Below are positions 10,017-20,157 of a DNA stretch of 64,000 nucleotides, piece after piece (position 1 is the first letter of the stretch; the number at the start of each line of letters is the position of its first letter). A program made the position numbers and the translations under genes. The notes beneath the pieces were generated by a model. It was given only the letters and a program-made list of their open reading frames with translations, was not told the origin of the DNA and did not search any database. Source of the DNA: an uncultured delta proteobacterium (GTDB lineage Bacteria; Desulfobacterota; Binatia; UBA9968); contig CAVYTU010000001.1 in the NCBI GenBank assembly GCA_963771465.1, positions 59,279 to 123,278 on the forward strand, given 5' to 3'.

Positions 10017-11146
10017 GAAAGCACCTCGTGAACGGCGTCACAGACTTGGGCAATTTGTTCCGCTGTTAGCGCCAGTCCAGAAGGAAGATACAAGCCCTGA
10101 CGCGCAATCCGCTCGGCTACCGGATGTCGGTCGACCAAAAACAAACCCCTTTGATGAAACGCCGGCTGTTCATGTAATCCCAGAAAAAACGGCCTGGTCT
10201 CGATGCCCCGTTGCTTTAACCTCTCAGCAAGCACGGTTGCGTCCATGCCGGCTTCTTCAGTGAGGACAACACCGTACATCCAATACACGTTGCGAGCCCA
10301 GGGCTCTTCCACCGGCAACTGCAGATTTTTTGTGCCGGCGAGGCGACGGCTGTATTCATGGCCCATCCAGCGCTTGCGCGCGATAATTTCCTCAATGCGT
10401 TCCACCTGGGCAACTCCAAGCGCTGCCTGGAGGTTTGTCAAACGAAAATTGAATCCGAGTTCGTCGTGATGAAAACGGCGATTTCCCTTAAAACAAAGAT
10501 TTCGCATAGAGCGGACTTTCTGAGCGAGTTCCGGATCGTCAGTAAGAACCATGCCGCCCTCACCGGTCGTGATAAGTTTGTTGGCGTAGAAGCTAAAGCA
10601 GCTTAGGGTTCCAAAACTGCCACAACGCCGCCAGGTAGGATGAGTCGTATGGCGGCCAGCCAGATATTCAGCTCCGTGAACTTCCGCCGCGTCTTCAATA
10701 ACGGCGAGTCCATGGCTCTCAGCCAAATCTAAAATCGGATCCATGTCGACCGGATGTCCGTAGATGTGAACCGGCATAATCGCACGAGTTCTATTGGTGA
10801 TCTTGTCCTTAACCTGGGCCACGTCCATACACCATGTGCGCGGATCGCAATCAATCAAAACCGGAACCCCGCCGTTATAAACTACAGCAAGCGCGCAGGA
10901 GATAATCGTAAAAGTGGGTAAGATGACCTCCTCTCCAGCTTTCAACCCTAGACACGCGACTGCTGCTTGCAAAGCGACCGTGCCATTGCTCACGCCAATG
11001 CCATACCGACGTCCACAGTAGCTGGCCCAGCCATTTTCAAACTGGTCAATGTAACGCCCCGCAGAAGAAATCCAGCCAGTGCGCAGACAGTCCGCGACAT
11101 ATTCTGACTCACGTGGGCCTAACAGTGGCTCATTCACCGAAATCAT
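10013..11146 (-). CDS. DegT/DnrJ/EryC1/StrS aminotransferase, GDP-perosamine synthase-like
   Basis: GWISSAG, SNGTVAL, MPVHIYGHP, IEDAAE, SFYANK(PLP Lys)LITTGEGGM. Located near gmd. Confidence 0.88.
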   Translation of the reverse strand: MISVNEPLLGPRESEYVADCLRTGWISSAGRYIDQFENGWASYCGRRYGIGVSNGTVALQAAVACLGLKAGEEVILPTFTIISCALAVVYNGGVPVLIDCDPRTWCMDVAQVKDKITNRTRAIMPVHIYGHPVDMDPILDLAESHGLAVIEDAAEVHGAEYLAGRHTTHPTWRRCGSFGTLSCFSFYANKLITTGEGGMVLTDDPELAQKVRSMRNLCFKGNRRFHHDELGFNFRLTNLQAALGVAQVERIEEIIARKRWMGHEYSRRLAGTKNLQLPVEEPWARNVYWMYGVVLTEEAGMDATVLAERLKQRGIETRPFFLGLHEQPAFHQRGLFLVDRHPVAERIARQGLYLPSGLALTAEQIAQVCDAVHEVLS

Positions 11147-11156
11147 TGCTGTGGTT

Positions 11157-11558
11157 CTAGAACCGCTCTTTTTCGTCTTCGCCGGTGTACGGGCCCTGCT
11201 TTATCTCTAGAAATACCGTGTCCTCGAGCATACGAAAACCGTGTCCTCCAGCGACCATCAGCATGATATCGCCCGAACGAAGCTCGCGAGTAGCAACCAG
11301 TTCCCGGCTGTCGTTGTAGATGTCGATCTCACAATGCCCGCGCTGGACAACCAAAACCTCCGCGGTGCCCACGAGGTGACGTTCAAGAGGCCGGTGATCA
11401 TGGCGCTGAATTACACCTCCAGCGGGATAAACGACAAATCCGACCTGCTGCTTAAAGTCAGGCGGAGTGACGAATGTGGTCTCGGCCGGCCTCGCCTCCG
11501 CTCGAATAATGTAAGCCAGCGGTTTTTCGTCACACACGATCTGCTCAAGGTGTTCCAT
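11157..11558 (-). CDS. Cupin-fold protein (WbuC-like), common in O-antigen loci
   Basis: HDH...EVLVVQRG...GGHGF...EIKQGPY. Confidence 0.8.
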   Translation of the reverse strand: MEHLEQIVCDEKPLAYIIRAEARPAETTFVTPPDFKQQVGFVVYPAGGVIQRHDHRPLERHLVGTAEVLVVQRGHCEIDIYNDSRELVATRELRSGDIMLMVAGGHGFRMLEDTVFLEIKQGPYTGEDEKERF

Positions 11559-11740
11559 AAAAATAACGATCTTTTCTGACTCCGAGAAGTCAAGGATTCA
11601 ATGCGTGTTTTCGGTGATCTGAATATCTAGGTGGTGACTCACTTGATTTCCAAGGTACTCGATCAGCTCTCGAATAAAACGAAAGTGTTACCTGCACGCA
11701 ACCTATACGCGGCCTAATCCGGGGATATGGGAATCAGCAA

Positions 11741-13738
11741 TCAATTGGTTGGCGTATTGATCTCCACTACCGGTCCCTTCTGCCCCTGGAGATTTAAAAC
11801 CCACCGGCTTGCCACCTGCACACGGCCGCCGTCGCGGCTGGCATGCAGGAGTTTGCCCTCCCATCGTCCGCTTTGAACGAGTTCGGATTCGATCTCTTGC
11901 AATGGTTTCGGAAATTGCGTCTGCAGAAGATCGTGGCTAACTTTGCCTAAGGCTTCCTCTTTCCTCCAGCCATAAAGCTCCTCGGCGCGGCGGTTCCAGG
12001 AGTTAATTGTACCCTCCATGGAGCGAACCATGATGCTTTCGTTTAGGGGTTCGAAAAGATCCTCATGCTCTTTTCCGATCACTTCCGGCTGCTCAACCAA
12101 TAGCTTTTCGCGAATAGTTGAGCGCGCGGATTTACCCGTGTTGCGGTTGACAATCCAATTGGGCGGTTTTAGGTAAACTGCACGTGGAGTCAGGCCTAGT
12201 TTTGCTACGATTGTATTACGCACCGCTCGCTCAATTTCGAGGGTGGATTTCAGGCCTTCATCGGTTTCCGCCTCAGCCACAACGATGACATCCTCCGTCG
12301 CGAACTCGGCATTATGCAAGCCAAACGCTACGGATCGCCCCGCAGAAACGGCAGGATGATTGCAAACGAGCTTCTCAATATCGTGGAGATTAATGTTCTT
12401 CCCTCCGGCAGCCATACCTCCAGAGCGAACACGATCCTTCGCTTCTTCCAGTATCTCGATCAGACGGTTACGAAAATCATCCGGAGTGTAAGAAGATAAT
12501 CGGCGGCAGCCCGCGTCCATCAAAGCACGTCGCAGATTCTGGTCAGTCCAGATTCGATAAATACCCTCAGCTATAGATTCCACCGATCGTGGATCCACCA
12601 ACACCGCGGCGTCGCCAACCTGTTCGCGAACACCGCGAATGTCCGAGGTCAGCACCGGGCATCGAAAAGCCCAGGCTTCCAACACCGGAATGTTTGTCGG
12701 GCCAAAAAAAGTCGGCATGACCAGCGCGATCGCTTCAGAATAGAGCGCCGACATGTCTTGTTCCGGAACATACCCGAGATCGTGTATCTGATTTTCTATT
12801 CCTAGGTTGGACCGGAGCGACATAACCGCATTGTAGGTATTCTCCCGTATGTCTCCGCTGTGAGATCCGCAAAAAACAATGGGAACATTTGTATGTTGTT
12901 CCCTTTTCAACAGGCTCAGCGCCTGCACAATACGCGCATGATTCTTGTGTGGCCAGAACTGCGCCGGATAGAACAGGTACCGCTCCGGCAAATGATAAGC
13001 TGTGCGAACTCTCTTTCGCTCGGTTTCCGATATCCCTGTGGCAAGGTACGTTGCAGACAAGTACGGTAGTATTTTAATTTTATCTTCGGTGACTCCATAC
13101 GGCCCATAAAAATTGAGAATGTCTTCCTTGCCCACTTCGGATTCGGCAATAATCAACGTCGCACAACGGCAGGCGTTGCGAAACATATACTCGCGATATT
13201 CCCACTCGCCGTTTGCCGAAACCTCGGGAAACTGCGGTTGAAGTCTATGTTGTAGGTCGTGAATCGATATCACGTAAGGCATTCCGGCCTCAAAACAGAT
13301 CGGCGTCGGGTAAGTATATAAAAGCAAGTCCAGTTTTGCCCGTAGGAAACAATCCCGCAGATCGCCTCGATACTTGATGACTTCCGGATCGGGAAGCGTC
13401 CGCGGCTCGGGTTTCGGACCGTTTCGCGAGTTAACTAATTGCCTTCGTAACCATCGCAAAGCTTCACGGTGCAGGCCTTCCCCGATCAGCCACCGTATTC
13501 CATCCGCGACACGTTGGCTCCATGGAAGTGGTGGGACTGTGATAATCGACTCCATTTCCCAACGGTCCCGCGTTAATGAGATCAAAGGCGTATCGCGCGT
13601 CGTATTATTTAAGAGCAGAACAAACTGATCGTTACAGCCGTTCTCTAACCAGGTATTTAATCCATGGACTATATTCTGGCTGTACTGGTACACACCACCG
13701 CCCTCAGGATTCCAACTCGGAAGAATTCCGATTCGCAT
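11741..13738 (-). CDS. GT4 glycosyltransferase fused to an acyl-AMP-ligase C-terminal subdomain and a terminal PAS domain
   Basis: GT4 part: IHDLQHR, FYPAQFWPHKNH, PTFFGPTNIPVLEAW. Then GGKNINLHDIE...GRSVAFG...VYLKPPNWIVNRNTGKSAR. Then PAS: INSWNRRAEELYGW...WEGKL...RDG...SRW. Confidence 0.88.
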   Translation of the reverse strand: MRIGILPSWNPEGGGVYQYSQNIVHGLNTWLENGCNDQFVLLLNNTTRDTPLISLTRDRWEMESIITVPPLPWSQRVADGIRWLIGEGLHREALRWLRRQLVNSRNGPKPEPRTLPDPEVIKYRGDLRDCFLRAKLDLLLYTYPTPICFEAGMPYVISIHDLQHRLQPQFPEVSANGEWEYREYMFRNACRCATLIIAESEVGKEDILNFYGPYGVTEDKIKILPYLSATYLATGISETERKRVRTAYHLPERYLFYPAQFWPHKNHARIVQALSLLKREQHTNVPIVFCGSHSGDIRENTYNAVMSLRSNLGIENQIHDLGYVPEQDMSALYSEAIALVMPTFFGPTNIPVLEAWAFRCPVLTSDIRGVREQVGDAAVLVDPRSVESIAEGIYRIWTDQNLRRALMDAGCRRLSSYTPDDFRNRLIEILEEAKDRVRSGGMAAGGKNINLHDIEKLVCNHPAVSAGRSVAFGLHNAEFATEDVIVVAEAETDEGLKSTLEIERAVRNTIVAKLGLTPRAVYLKPPNWIVNRNTGKSARSTIREKLLVEQPEVIGKEHEDLFEPLNESIMVRSMEGTINSWNRRAEELYGWRKEEALGKVSHDLLQTQFPKPLQEIESELVQSGRWEGKLLHASRDGGRVQVASRWVLNLQGQKGPVVEINTPTN

Positions 13739-14615
13739 GAGTCAACCTCTTCGATAGGTGCTTTATAAAACGTCTCTTTGCCGCGGTGATCAGCCCAAGG
13801 CCGAATGGCCACCAGATCACCGCCCGGATGGAGCAGCGACTCGCGTGTTTCTCTTCTTTAGCTTTGTGATAGAAAAACGCTGCCCGTTGGTAATGATGGG
13901 CCAGAACTTTCGGCCCTAAGTGCCGAAGGATCGACCAACGATGTTTTTGGATAATTTGCTCATAGCCCATCGCTTCTTTGCGTGAGTCTTTTGAAATGGT
14001 ATTTGCATGGCGACAATCGTATAGAAACGTTGGCTCGGGCACGAACTCAAAAGTAAAATGCCGAGCAAGTTTGATCGCGGCATCCCATTCTTGATATGCA
14101 ACGATGTTTTCATCGAGGTAGCCGAGACGGCCAAAAGCAGTCCGGGAAATGAAAAGTCCCTGGAACATTGGCCCAGGCCTCCGCAGGAGTTCGCGATAAA
14201 CATGGCCTTCTAACGGTGGCACACCGAAGAGTTCCATGTTTTCTTCTTTCAAGACATAGCATTCCGAGTGCACCACCTGAGACCCGTTTTCTGTCGCCTT
14301 GAACCTAACCTCCAGACTATGTGGAAGCCATCGGTCGTCAGAGTCCAGAAACGCAATCCAATCGCCGCGGGCAACACGAAGGGCTGTGTTACGAGCTGCC
14401 TGCGCGCCTTTTCGCTCGTTGTGCTCGATCAGGCATATTCGACTGTCCTTCTTCATCCACTCTCGAACGACTGAGCTTGTAGCATCGGTAGAACCATCAT
14501 TGACAATTAGAGCTTCCCAGTTCTGATACGTCTGGCTTACGAGACTTTCTAGCGCTTCGCGAATTATGAAGTCTCTATTAAAGGCGGGGACAACAACGCT
14601 AACTAACGGCGGCAT
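13704..14615 (-). CDS. GT2 glycosyltransferase
   Basis: VSVVVPAFNR, VNDGSTD, GAQAARN, IAFLDSDD. Confidence 0.92.
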   Translation of the reverse strand: MPPLVSVVVPAFNRDFIIREALESLVSQTYQNWEALIVNDGSTDATSSVVREWMKKDSRICLIEHNERKGAQAARNTALRVARGDWIAFLDSDDRWLPHSLEVRFKATENGSQVVHSECYVLKEENMELFGVPPLEGHVYRELLRRPGPMFQGLFISRTAFGRLGYLDENIVAYQEWDAAIKLARHFTFEFVPEPTFLYDCRHANTISKDSRKEAMGYEQIIQKHRWSILRHLGPKVLAHHYQRAAFFYHKAKEEKHASRCSIRAVIWWPFGLGLITAAKRRFIKHLSKRLTHANRNSSELES

Positions 14616-14757
14616 GGCTTTACCTGACAAGAATCCCAAATAGGATCCACTAAATTATGTTCTCCCTGCAGAGCGTCTACTAGCAGATCTCTGTTGATTA
14701 AGTGAGCTGGCCGCTCGCCGGATATCCAACGGTACGAGATTTAGAAATCAGAAAAGC

Positions 14758-16087
14758 TCATTGTACCGCGTGCTGAGTACGATCATGTGATGCTTGAACA
14801 CTTATTTCTCCGGCAACAAAAACAACGCCTTGTGTTTGAGATTCCGGAATCCGTCCCGACCGATATACGTCGGCCGGTTCCACATTAAGCACTAGCGCTC
14901 TTTCGACACGGTCAATCCAATCCCTTTGATCTTCCACCAAGCTCAATGTAATGAAATATCTTCCCGGTAATAGAGGCACGTTCGGAATATGGAGAGACGC
15001 AATGCCGCTATCCGCGGCTCTCAAAACATTTCTGTCGTTCGCGGCGATATAGTTATCCAATGTAAGAATTCGCCGATGATATTGATCTTCGAGTGCAAAA
15101 CCGAAGATGGGATTCCTGATCGCACGACTGCACTGAAACTGGTAGTATATTTTTACACTTTCTCCCATCATAATAGAGTTGTTTTTGACTCCGTTCCGGT
15201 CCAAAATCCAAGCCTTTCGCAAGGCTTTTTCCTGAGAGTGAGATCGTCTAGAGTACTGAGTTAGATCAATTTCTGGCCGCTCTCTATCCATACTATCTGT
15301 ATCCAAGCCAGCTTCGAGGTAACGTGAAGTAACCGTGCGCGTGTCGCCGTCTTGTTTAAGCCCCCCTTCTTGAATCCAGAGTATTCGCTGACAGAGTGCT
15401 TGGATTGCGGGCATACTGTGGCTAACGAACAATACGGTTCGCCCGCCTTTGGCGACATCGCCCATTTTTCCTAGGCATTTTCTTTGAAAGGCGGCATCGC
15501 CGACCGCTAGGACTTCGTCGACAATCAAAATTTCCGGCTCCAGATGTGCGGCAACGGCAAATGCCAGGCGAACGTACATCCCGCTCGAATAGCGTTTAAC
15601 CGGGGTATCAATAAACTTTTCGATCTCGGCGAACGCGACGATGTCGTCGAATTTCTTTACAATTTCTCCCTTCCTCATGCCTAAGATCGCGCCGTTGAGA
15701 TAGATGTTCTCGCGACCCGTAAGCTCGGCATGAAACCCGGTCCCCACTTCTAGAAGTGATCCAACCCGTCCGTAAATTTTCTGCTCTTCCCGTCGTGGGA
15801 TCCGTGATGCGCGAGAGGATCTTGAGAAGTGTGCTCTTTCCGGCACCGTTTCGACCGATAATTCCGACGACTTCTCCCTGCCCGATTTCGAACGAAACAT
15901 CTCTGAGCGCCCAGATGCTATCCGGCGACTCCGACCGCTCACCGGCCGCAAGATCGTGGCCATTGGAGCGAAAGAGGGACCGCAGGCCATCTGTAATCTG
16001 ATCGCGCAGTGTATCGTGCCGCTGTTTTACGAGACCGATCTTGTATTGCTTGGACAGATGTTCAACTCGAATTGCAGTATCGCTCAT
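14758..16087 (-). pseudogene. wzt: Wzt ABC ATPase with C-terminal carbohydrate-binding domain, split by a +1 frameshift (real or sequencing error)
   Basis: MSDTAIRVEHLSKQY...GRNGAGKST continues after an extra base in the T4 run at 15777-15780 as [16 protein letters not shown]...YSSGM...[10 protein letters not shown]. The span is 1330 nt = 3n+1. Confidence 0.85.
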
Positions 16088-16129
16088 TTTCGCCGTTAAA
16101 CCTCGGCTTAATTTCAAATGTGGCGTTAA

Positions 16130-16385
16130 GTTCCGTCGGCTCGGTAATGCGGAGAGCCATTTTAAGGAGCGCGCTCTTTTTCTTAGCAGTCTCGATTGGA
16201 GTGCCAAGAACGTCTCCTCTGTTGAATTCCAGGGAGGCATCTTTAGACATCCAATATCGTAGCCTGATAAACGCGAGTCCTGCTTGCTTAGTGTGGAGGT
16301 GTTGCCCTTGGGATGAAACCACCGACAACAGAATGTCCGGAAGTGATCGCGTAAGGCGTCGTGCACGGGTTGCGCATTCCTTCAC
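16130..16385 (-). pseudogene. Decayed copy of a wzt 5' end
   Basis: HDALRDHFRTF and YWMSKDASLEFNRGDVLGTPIETAKKKSALLKMALRITEPT align to Wzt [10 protein letters not shown] and [40 protein letters not shown]. Walker A is destroyed. Confidence 0.7.
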
Positions 16386-17245
16386 ACCACATCGGCGAAT
16401 GTACGCTCTGTATATTTAAAATATATAAACCCGGGAACCAGCAGGGCCAACACCATAAGAGCGCTTGTGAGAATCACTCCAAAATCAGGGCTCTCTCTCC
16501 CCAGCAGAGCCCACCGAAAACCTTCGATGACTCCTGCCATCGGATTCAGACTGTAGAGACCACGCCAATTTTCTGGAATCAGACTTACCGGATAGACGAT
16601 CGGCGAAGCGAACATCCACAACTGGATCACAAAGGGAACCGTGTGGCCGACATCCCGATATCTCACGTTGAGTGCTGAGAGCCAAAGCCCCACCGCCAGA
16701 GACGTGAATATGACAATTAACAAAAAGAGCGGCAGCGCAAGAATTCTCCAAGTGGGCATGGTGCCGAACCAGATCATCATAGTAACGAAAATGACAAGCG
16801 ATATGGCGAAATCGACCAGCGGCGATAAGATTCCGGAAATGGGGAGAAGAAGCCGCGGGAAGTATATTTTTGAAATAAGTTGTGCATTGCCGACTATGCT
16901 GTCACTGCCGCGTGTAAGCGAGCTGACGAAAAGGCTCCATGGCAGCAGCGCTGAGTACGCAAAGATAGGGTATGGCAGTCCGTCGGATGGAATTTTAGCA
17001 ACTCTGCCAAAAATAGCGGTGAAGAGAATCACAGTTAGCAGGGGCTGAAGCACGACCCAACCGATACCAATGAAGGTCTGGCGATATCGGACCTTCAAAT
17101 CGCGCCACACAAGAAAATAAAGCAATTCCCTGTATTCCCATAAGGCTTTTAGGTCCAGACGTAGGATAGTCTTCCGAGGCTCAATCACGATTGTCGGTTC
17201 GCGAAAGACAGGAAACGAGGATACTTCTGTCATTCTGCTAGACAC
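16382..17245 (-). CDS. wzm: ABC-2 type polysaccharide exporter permease
   Basis: LWEYRELLYFLVWRDLKVRYRQT, KIYFPR, NVRYRDV, SPIVYP, LNPMAGVIEGFR. Six TM segments. Confidence 0.95.
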   Translation of the reverse strand: MSSRMTEVSSFPVFREPTIVIEPRKTILRLDLKALWEYRELLYFLVWRDLKVRYRQTFIGIGWVVLQPLLTVILFTAIFGRVAKIPSDGLPYPIFAYSALLPWSLFVSSLTRGSDSIVGNAQLISKIYFPRLLLPISGILSPLVDFAISLVIFVTMMIWFGTMPTWRILALPLFLLIVIFTSLAVGLWLSALNVRYRDVGHTVPFVIQLWMFASPIVYPVSLIPENWRGLYSLNPMAGVIEGFRWALLGRESPDFGVILTSALMVLALLVPGFIYFKYTERTFADVV

Positions 17246-17483
17246 TCTATGTATTCTCCCTAAGTTTCGTTTGGTGTCGTTTCATCATGAGTGAGAATCC
17301 CAACTATCATCAATCGCTAGGTGTTTGCCCCAATTCAGGCCCGCATAACTGAATGTATTCCGAGGTGCTAGACGAATGAGTCTGCTGGCTCCGAGCACCG
17401 TTTCTCTATGCCTCCTGCGGCTCATGCGCGTCGGATGAAACGGTATCGTTTGTAGCCTTTACTCTGAGCAATAGCTGCGCAAG

Positions 17484-19046
17484 CTAGGTGCCGTTCGGAT
17501 CGGTAAATGCCGATGATGAGGGTTTTTTCATAGAAACGTCGGCCGGTTTTGGCCAAATGGATGATCTTACATGGGTACCGTTCGGAGAGGCTGTGGCGCG
17601 AAGCAGCTCTTTATACCAATCGAGATAAGTCTCCACCTCCAGGTGCAAGTCAAATCGCTCCCGAGCGTCTTTTGCCGCGTTTTGGCCGAGGCGCGCGCCC
17701 AATGAAGGGTCGGCAAGCAGCCGTCTGATGCCGATGGCCATAGCTTCAGGATCTCCCGGCGCGACTAGCAGCCCCGTCGCCTGATCCATAGGATAGGTAT
17801 TGAGGCGCGCGCCCTGGGAAACGGCACCGGCCAAATCCAGCCCTTTCACCTGCTCCGGGATCCCCCCGACAGCCGACCCGATCACAGGCGTGCCACAGGC
17901 AAGCGCTTCTAGCACTGTGTTAGGAAAGGTATCGACCTTGGCGCCGTGGAGATAGAGATCCGCCGCCTGATAATAGCGCGCCACCTCGGCGGGATCATTT
18001 TGATAAGGAACAAATCGCACTTCTCCTTGGCCGATTCGTTCTGCCGGTGCGCTCTCCCCGACTGCTAGGAAAATCAGCGGCCGCTCCGTCGCCCTCGCCG
18101 TGACTCGGGCAATCGCTTCTCGCATGGTCTGATAGTCCTTGAAAATATTTCTCCGGATGCCGTTAGCCGTGAACAATACGATGTCGGCGTCCTGAGGCAG
18201 CCCTAGTGTCGCCCGTGCTTTATCTTTGGGCGCGGCGCGAAACACGCTCAAGTTTATGCCGTAGGGGATGACCCTCGCTTGATCGATTGCTGGAGCAAGA
18301 ATCGATTGCTGCACTTTTTCCATCAACCAGCGGGACGGAGTCGCCACGTGAAACCGACTTTTTAAAAAAATTCCGCGCTTGCGGCGCCAGTTGCGAGCCG
18401 TAGCATCGCGGCTGATTGCCGGATAAATCGTCAGATCCGGACAGTTACCACAGCCGATTTTCCAACGTTCACACGCGAACGAATGAGCGCAGTGCCCACT
18501 TAGCAGCCAGGCGTCATGCAGCGTAAAAACCAGCGGTGCGCGGCGCGAGAGCCACGCCAGTGCGCGGAGATCAAAGTACCCGCCATGGAGATTGTGACAG
18601 TGAACGATGTCCGGTTCATGGGGTGGCAATTGAAGCAGCCGATGGGTGCCGGGATAGTTGAAGTTTTCCACACCGAGCCGCGCCTGCAGCTCACGTCGCG
18701 GATCCACCAGGGTCCGCAAGAGAGCTTGAACCCGGCTAACCGCAAGCTCTTTTATTCCGTAGGACTGCAACCGCTTCTCCACACAGAGCAAGATCCGGCC
18801 GCGGGAATTTTTATCATTCGGTCGTGGTATCGGGATGATGTTTGGGTCGTTGCTGCGTTTTTTGCCGACGGCCAGCCATGAATCATGTTCAAGCACCCGA
18901 TAGCTCCGGAAGAGATCCCAGGCCACTTTCTCTGCGCCGCCGCCGATATCGACGGTACTCACCTGAAGGATGCGTAACGGTGGCTCGCCTCGTATGGCGC
19001 GCGCACGACCACAGGCTAAATGTTCTTCTTCAGTGTTGGTTGGCAT
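17484..19046 (-). CDS. GT4 glycosyltransferase (WcaC-like)
   Basis: GGGAEKVA, HCHNLHG, TLHDAWLLSGHC, C..GCGNCP, DTFPNTVLEALACGTPV. Confidence 0.92.
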   Translation of the reverse strand: MPTNTEEEHLACGRARAIRGEPPLRILQVSTVDIGGGAEKVAWDLFRSYRVLEHDSWLAVGKKRSNDPNIIPIPRPNDKNSRGRILLCVEKRLQSYGIKELAVSRVQALLRTLVDPRRELQARLGVENFNYPGTHRLLQLPPHEPDIVHCHNLHGGYFDLRALAWLSRRAPLVFTLHDAWLLSGHCAHSFACERWKIGCGNCPDLTIYPAISRDATARNWRRKRGIFLKSRFHVATPSRWLMEKVQQSILAPAIDQARVIPYGINLSVFRAAPKDKARATLGLPQDADIVLFTANGIRRNIFKDYQTMREAIARVTARATERPLIFLAVGESAPAERIGQGEVRFVPYQNDPAEVARYYQAADLYLHGAKVDTFPNTVLEALACGTPVIGSAVGGIPEQVKGLDLAGAVSQGARLNTYPMDQATGLLVAPGDPEAMAIGIRRLLADPSLGARLGQNAAKDARERFDLHLEVETYLDWYKELLRATASPNGTHVRSSIWPKPADVSMKKPSSSAFTDPNGT

Positions 19047-19090
19047 TAAGAATCTATCCCGGCTGGCGCAGTCAAATAACGTTACTACAA

Positions 19091-20125
19091 TCAGATGGGT
19101 TGAGTAGTCGCCGAATGAGATTGGCTGAATTCGGCGGATGCAAAAGGCGTGAGGCTCCCCAGGCGCTCTCGCTCGTGTACGATGATGTTACTAAGCAGTT
19201 CGCGAAGATCCATCGATGGTTCATATCCAATGACGCTCTCAACTTTGGTTAAATCCGGCAAACGCCGCCGCATATCTTCGAAACCCTCCTCATAGGCTTG
19301 GTCGTAGGGAACAAATACGATCTCGGCGGAGCTATGGGTCATTTCCTTGACCATTTTTGCAAGCTCAAGGATCGATATTTCTTTCGTATGGCCGACGTTG
19401 AAAACTTCTCCGTAAGCTCTGGGGTGTTGAATCAGTTTGATCATGGCGCCGACAACATCGCCGACCCACGTAAAGGAGCGTTGCTGTTTTCCGTCACCAT
19501 AAACGGTGAGCGCTTTGTCGGAAAGAGCCTGGCGCACGAAACGCGGCACAACCATTCCGTACTGCCCGGTTTGCCGCGGGCCGATGGTGTTGAAAATCCG
19601 CAAGACGACAGTAGGTAATCCCTTTTCCTTGTAATAGGCCTTGGCGAGAAACTCGTCGATAATTTTTGACGCGGCATAACACCACCGCGACCGCGAAGTC
19701 GCTCCCAATATCAAGTCGTCTTCCTCGTTAAACTTTACGCGCTCCGACTTTCCGTACACTTCCGAAGTCGAAACGAGCAGCGCAGGCTTACGTTTGCGGG
19801 CGCAGAGTTCAAGGATCAGCTCAGTGGCCTTGATATTCGTTTCGATCGTCCTGACCGGCTGTTCGACGATTAGCCGCACGCCCACGGCGGCTGCGAGGTG
19901 GAACACGAGATCCGCGCGGTCCACCAATTCCATCAGCAGGGGGCGGTTCATGACGGTGTCGAGCGCGTATGAGAAATGCGGGTTTGCCTTGAGATGCGCT
20001 ATATTTTCGATGCCTCCAGTCGATAGATCGTCGATCACTTCCACGCGCCACCCCAATCGTAGAAGAGCGTCGGCGAGGTGTGATCCGATAAAACCCGCGC
20101 CTCCCGTAATAAGTGCTGTAGTCAT
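19091..20125 (-). CDS. NAD-dependent nucleotide-sugar epimerase/dehydratase
   Basis: TGGAGFIGSH, HLAAAVGV, STSEVYG, YAASK, FNTIGPRQ. AGGAGG SD before the ATG at 20125. Confidence 0.92.
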   Translation of the reverse strand: MTTALITGGAGFIGSHLADALLRLGWRVEVIDDLSTGGIENIAHLKANPHFSYALDTVMNRPLLMELVDRADLVFHLAAAVGVRLIVEQPVRTIETNIKATELILELCARKRKPALLVSTSEVYGKSERVKFNEEDDLILGATSRSRWCYAASKIIDEFLAKAYYKEKGLPTVVLRIFNTIGPRQTGQYGMVVPRFVRQALSDKALTVYGDGKQQRSFTWVGDVVGAMIKLIQHPRAYGEVFNVGHTKEISILELAKMVKEMTHSSAEIVFVPYDQAYEEGFEDMRRRLPDLTKVESVIGYEPSMDLRELLSNIIVHERERLGSLTPFASAEFSQSHSATTQPI

Positions 20126-20157
20126 TTGTTCCTCCTGATTGTTTGAATACTTCCTGG

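Noticed and set aside
11741-12060. LOV photoreceptor identity for the PAS domains
   Set aside because: There is no GxNCRFLQ motif, and neither PAS segment contains a Cys.
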